Assembly: GCA_003161635.1 (NCBI GenBank)
Contig: PMOA01000155.1
Span: 23,768 to 87,767 of the forward strand
DNA from: Limisphaerales bacterium
GTDB lineage: Bacteria > Verrucomicrobiota > Verrucomicrobiia > Limisphaerales > UBA11358
Length of the DNA: 64,000 bases
Direction of reading: 5' to 3'
Part shown: one piece after another, positions 62,265-64,000 of the stretch
How positions within the stretch are numbered: position 1 is the stretch's first letter
Layout: every line of letters begins with the position of its first letter
Notes under the pieces: model-generated
Seen by the model: only the letters and a program-made list of their open reading frames with translations
Told to the model about the DNA's origin: nothing
Database searches by the model: none
Translations under genes and position numbers: made by a program

Positions 62265-64000
62265 TCAGTTATTGTAGAAAAAGGCATCCAAGACCGGCAG
62301 CGCATGGCCGGTAAAGTCAAACAGGGTGGTGTTATCCACAACGTTCGGTTGTCCAAGCTCCCACCCCTCACCCGGCACGCAGATGAAAATCGGGTCCCAA
62401 TACAAATCCCCGATGCAATGGCCTTGGTTGACCATCTTTATGGCGTTGAAACAATTCAGCATGAACTCCTTCTGGCCCAGGGGCGTGCTGGGGAACGGTT
62501 CGGGCCCGTTGTTGGCCAATTGGCCGGTGTATCCGTCGCATCGATTTGAAGCCCAGTTGTACCCCGTCTCCATGATCAGCACCGGTTTGTTGTAGGTCGA
62601 ATACCAGGAATTAATCTGGTCCCGGGCTTGTTCGGCGGTAAATCCGCTCCAGAACGGGTAATACGAACACCCGATGATGTCCCAATTGACACCATGACTG
62701 ACGGCTTGATTGAAGAATCCGGCAACGGTATTTGAGCTAATATTGGAATTCAGGTGCAGGATGACCTGCGTGGAGGGAGAAACCGCCTTGACCCCCGCGT
62801 AGCCCATCTTGAGCAGTTGGGCCAGTTGCGGCCAGTTGCTGCTGCTTCCATCGGGAGTCAAAATCCCTCCGTTGATCTCATTGCCAAGGGAAACGTATTC
62901 GGGGGTTGTGCCCTGGTTTTTCATCAGCGTCATGAAGTTCGTCGTGAAGTTGTACACCGCGTTGGTGAGCTGGAGAAACGAAAGATTTGCCCAGTCGTGC
63001 GGTTTGACGTTGTCCCAGCCGTCGCTGTAGTAAAAGGTCAGTTCGATTTGAAGTCCCTTTGCCTTTGCCCGCGCCGCCAGGTCCAAAATGTTCGTGGGAC
63101 TTTGAATCCCCGGCGGCAGCAGGTTCGAAGGAGAGAAATTGGGATTGCCCGGGTCGTTATACAGGCGCAGCCGAACGATGTTACACCCGTGATTCTTCAA
63201 AATCTGCAAACAATCCATCGGCACACCATTCGTCTCGTAAAATACGCCACCACCCTGCTCCACATAGGTCAGCTCGGAGATGTCGCCGCCTTTCAAAAAG
63301 GTGTAGGGAAGGTCGTCCTTGATCAATTGAATCAAATCCACCCTGCACCAGTTGCCGCCGGTGCCGTCATTGGAATAAACGCTGACCAGGCATTGTCCAT
63401 TGGTGACATTGATTCCCCTTACAATGGTGTTGGTCCATCGCGAGGAAATTGGCAGGCTGGTCATCCGGTCATTGCCACTGATGTAACAAACATTTTGGCC
63501 GCCACTATTTTTGACCATGGCCGTCAGTTTATAGTAGCCGTTGGGCAAATTGGTGACCAGTTGATACGTTTGCACCTGGTAGGGAACAGGATTGCTTTGT
63601 TGCAAACATAGTGAACCGGAGAACGCGTTGCCGGACAACAGAGAAGCCGCAGCGGTATTTCCCGAACTCTGCCAGTGCGCCGCAAGGTTGCCGGACTCAA
63701 AATCACCGTCCTGCAATCCGCCGATGGGAACCGCGGACAGCCGGAAGAATGTTGACGTGGTGTTCATCGGCATCATCGCTGAACCTTGTCCGGCGGTCAC
63801 GGGAAAAGCGTTCCAAGCACCTGCGCTTAGATTCGTCGAGTTCTGAAGACGAACATTCAATGCGGCAGGCCAGGAAAGCGAAACCATTCCGTTCGAGATG
63901 GAACCAACCGCCAAATTGCCAACGTTGGCAGCGGTAATGAGAAAATTGTCAAAATTAAACGTTCCGCCAGTCCCAGTGTGGGTGAAGACCAGTCCGGCGC
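62265..64000 (-). CDS. Second GH53 endo-beta-1,4-galactanase with N-terminal RFYR-like module and CBM-like domain; 5' end outside window
   Basis: The reading frame stays open to the window edge. KGGDISELTYVEQGG..LKNHGCNIVRLRLYNDPG and SLGNEINGG are GH53 blocks. They are preceded by a beta-sandwich-like segment (DGDFESG..YYKLTAMVKNSGG). Confidence 0.8.
   Translation of the reverse strand, partial: AGLVFTHTGTGGTFNFDNFLITAANVGNLAVGSISNGMVSLSWPAALNVRLQNSTNLSAGAWNAFPVTAGQGSAMMPMNTTSTFFRLSAVPIGGLQDGDFESGNLAAHWQSSGNTAAASLLSGNAFSGSLCLQQSNPVPYQVQTYQLVTNLPNGYYKLTAMVKNSGGQNVCYISGNDRMTSLPISSRWTNTIVRGINVTNGQCLVSVYSNDGTGGNWCRVDLIQLIKDDLPYTFLKGGDISELTYVEQGGGVFYETNGVPMDCLQILKNHGCNIVRLRLYNDPGNPNFSPSNLLPPGIQSPTNILDLAARAKAKGLQIELTFYYSDGWDNVKPHDWANLSFLQLTNAVYNFTTNFMTLMKNQGTTPEYVSLGNEINGGILTPDGSSSNWPQLAQLLKMGYAGVKAVSPSTQVILHLNSNISSNTVAGFFNQAVSHGVNWDIIGCSYYPFWSGFTAEQARDQINSWYSTYNKPVLIMETGYNWASNRCDGYTGQLANNGPEPFPSTPLGQKEFMLNCFNAIKMVNQGHCIGDLYWDPIFICVPGEGWELGQPNVVDNTTLFDFTGHALPVLDAFFYNN

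Overview
High-GC bacterial chromosomal window. The organism is most likely a Verrucomicrobiota (Pedosphaera/Limisphaerales-like) genome. This is an inference from a giant PATR-repeat surface protein, a PEP-CTERM protein, lipoprotein-type exported enzymes and a characteristic vocabulary of short intergenic repeats. No rRNA, tRNA, CRISPR array, integrase or transposase was recognised by eye.

The left ~36 kb is mostly housekeeping: a CcoN/CcoO-like pair, rnr, queG, aroK, maf, an M20 peptidase, an OYE reductase, lepA-lepB, glgA, serS, leuD, and a pgk-tpiA-secG-peptide ABC operon.

The right ~28 kb (38995 to the window end) is one minus-strand polysaccharide-utilisation locus aimed at pectic galactan/arabinan. 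It holds two GH53 genes, a GH2, a 1826-aa PATR/Ig/CE8 pectin methylesterase, a NarL-type two-component system, FucI-like isomerase + araB + araD, galM, an SSF symporter and a GH27. A convergent GHL6-like gene carries a single in-frame TAA.

Most unusual observations:
1. The CcoN-like subunit has all six metal-ligand histidines replaced, yet is translationally coupled to an intact monoheme CcoO-like subunit.
2. An rRNA-IVS-like element has arms made of inverted TCGAGGG heptamer arrays. It carries a four-helix-bundle (PF05635/Avd-like) gene between oppA and oppB. Short cargo-less derivatives sit in frame inside queG and oppC.
3. Nearly every intergenic or intercistronic gap is filled by structured palindromic repeat families. 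These include GTAG-headed hairpins with conserved loops and covarying stems, and a 120-165-nt multi-stem element. Several copies are translated as parts of proteins.

Coordinates of repeat boundaries read by eye may be off by 1-2 nt. CDS coordinates come from ORF-track arithmetic.
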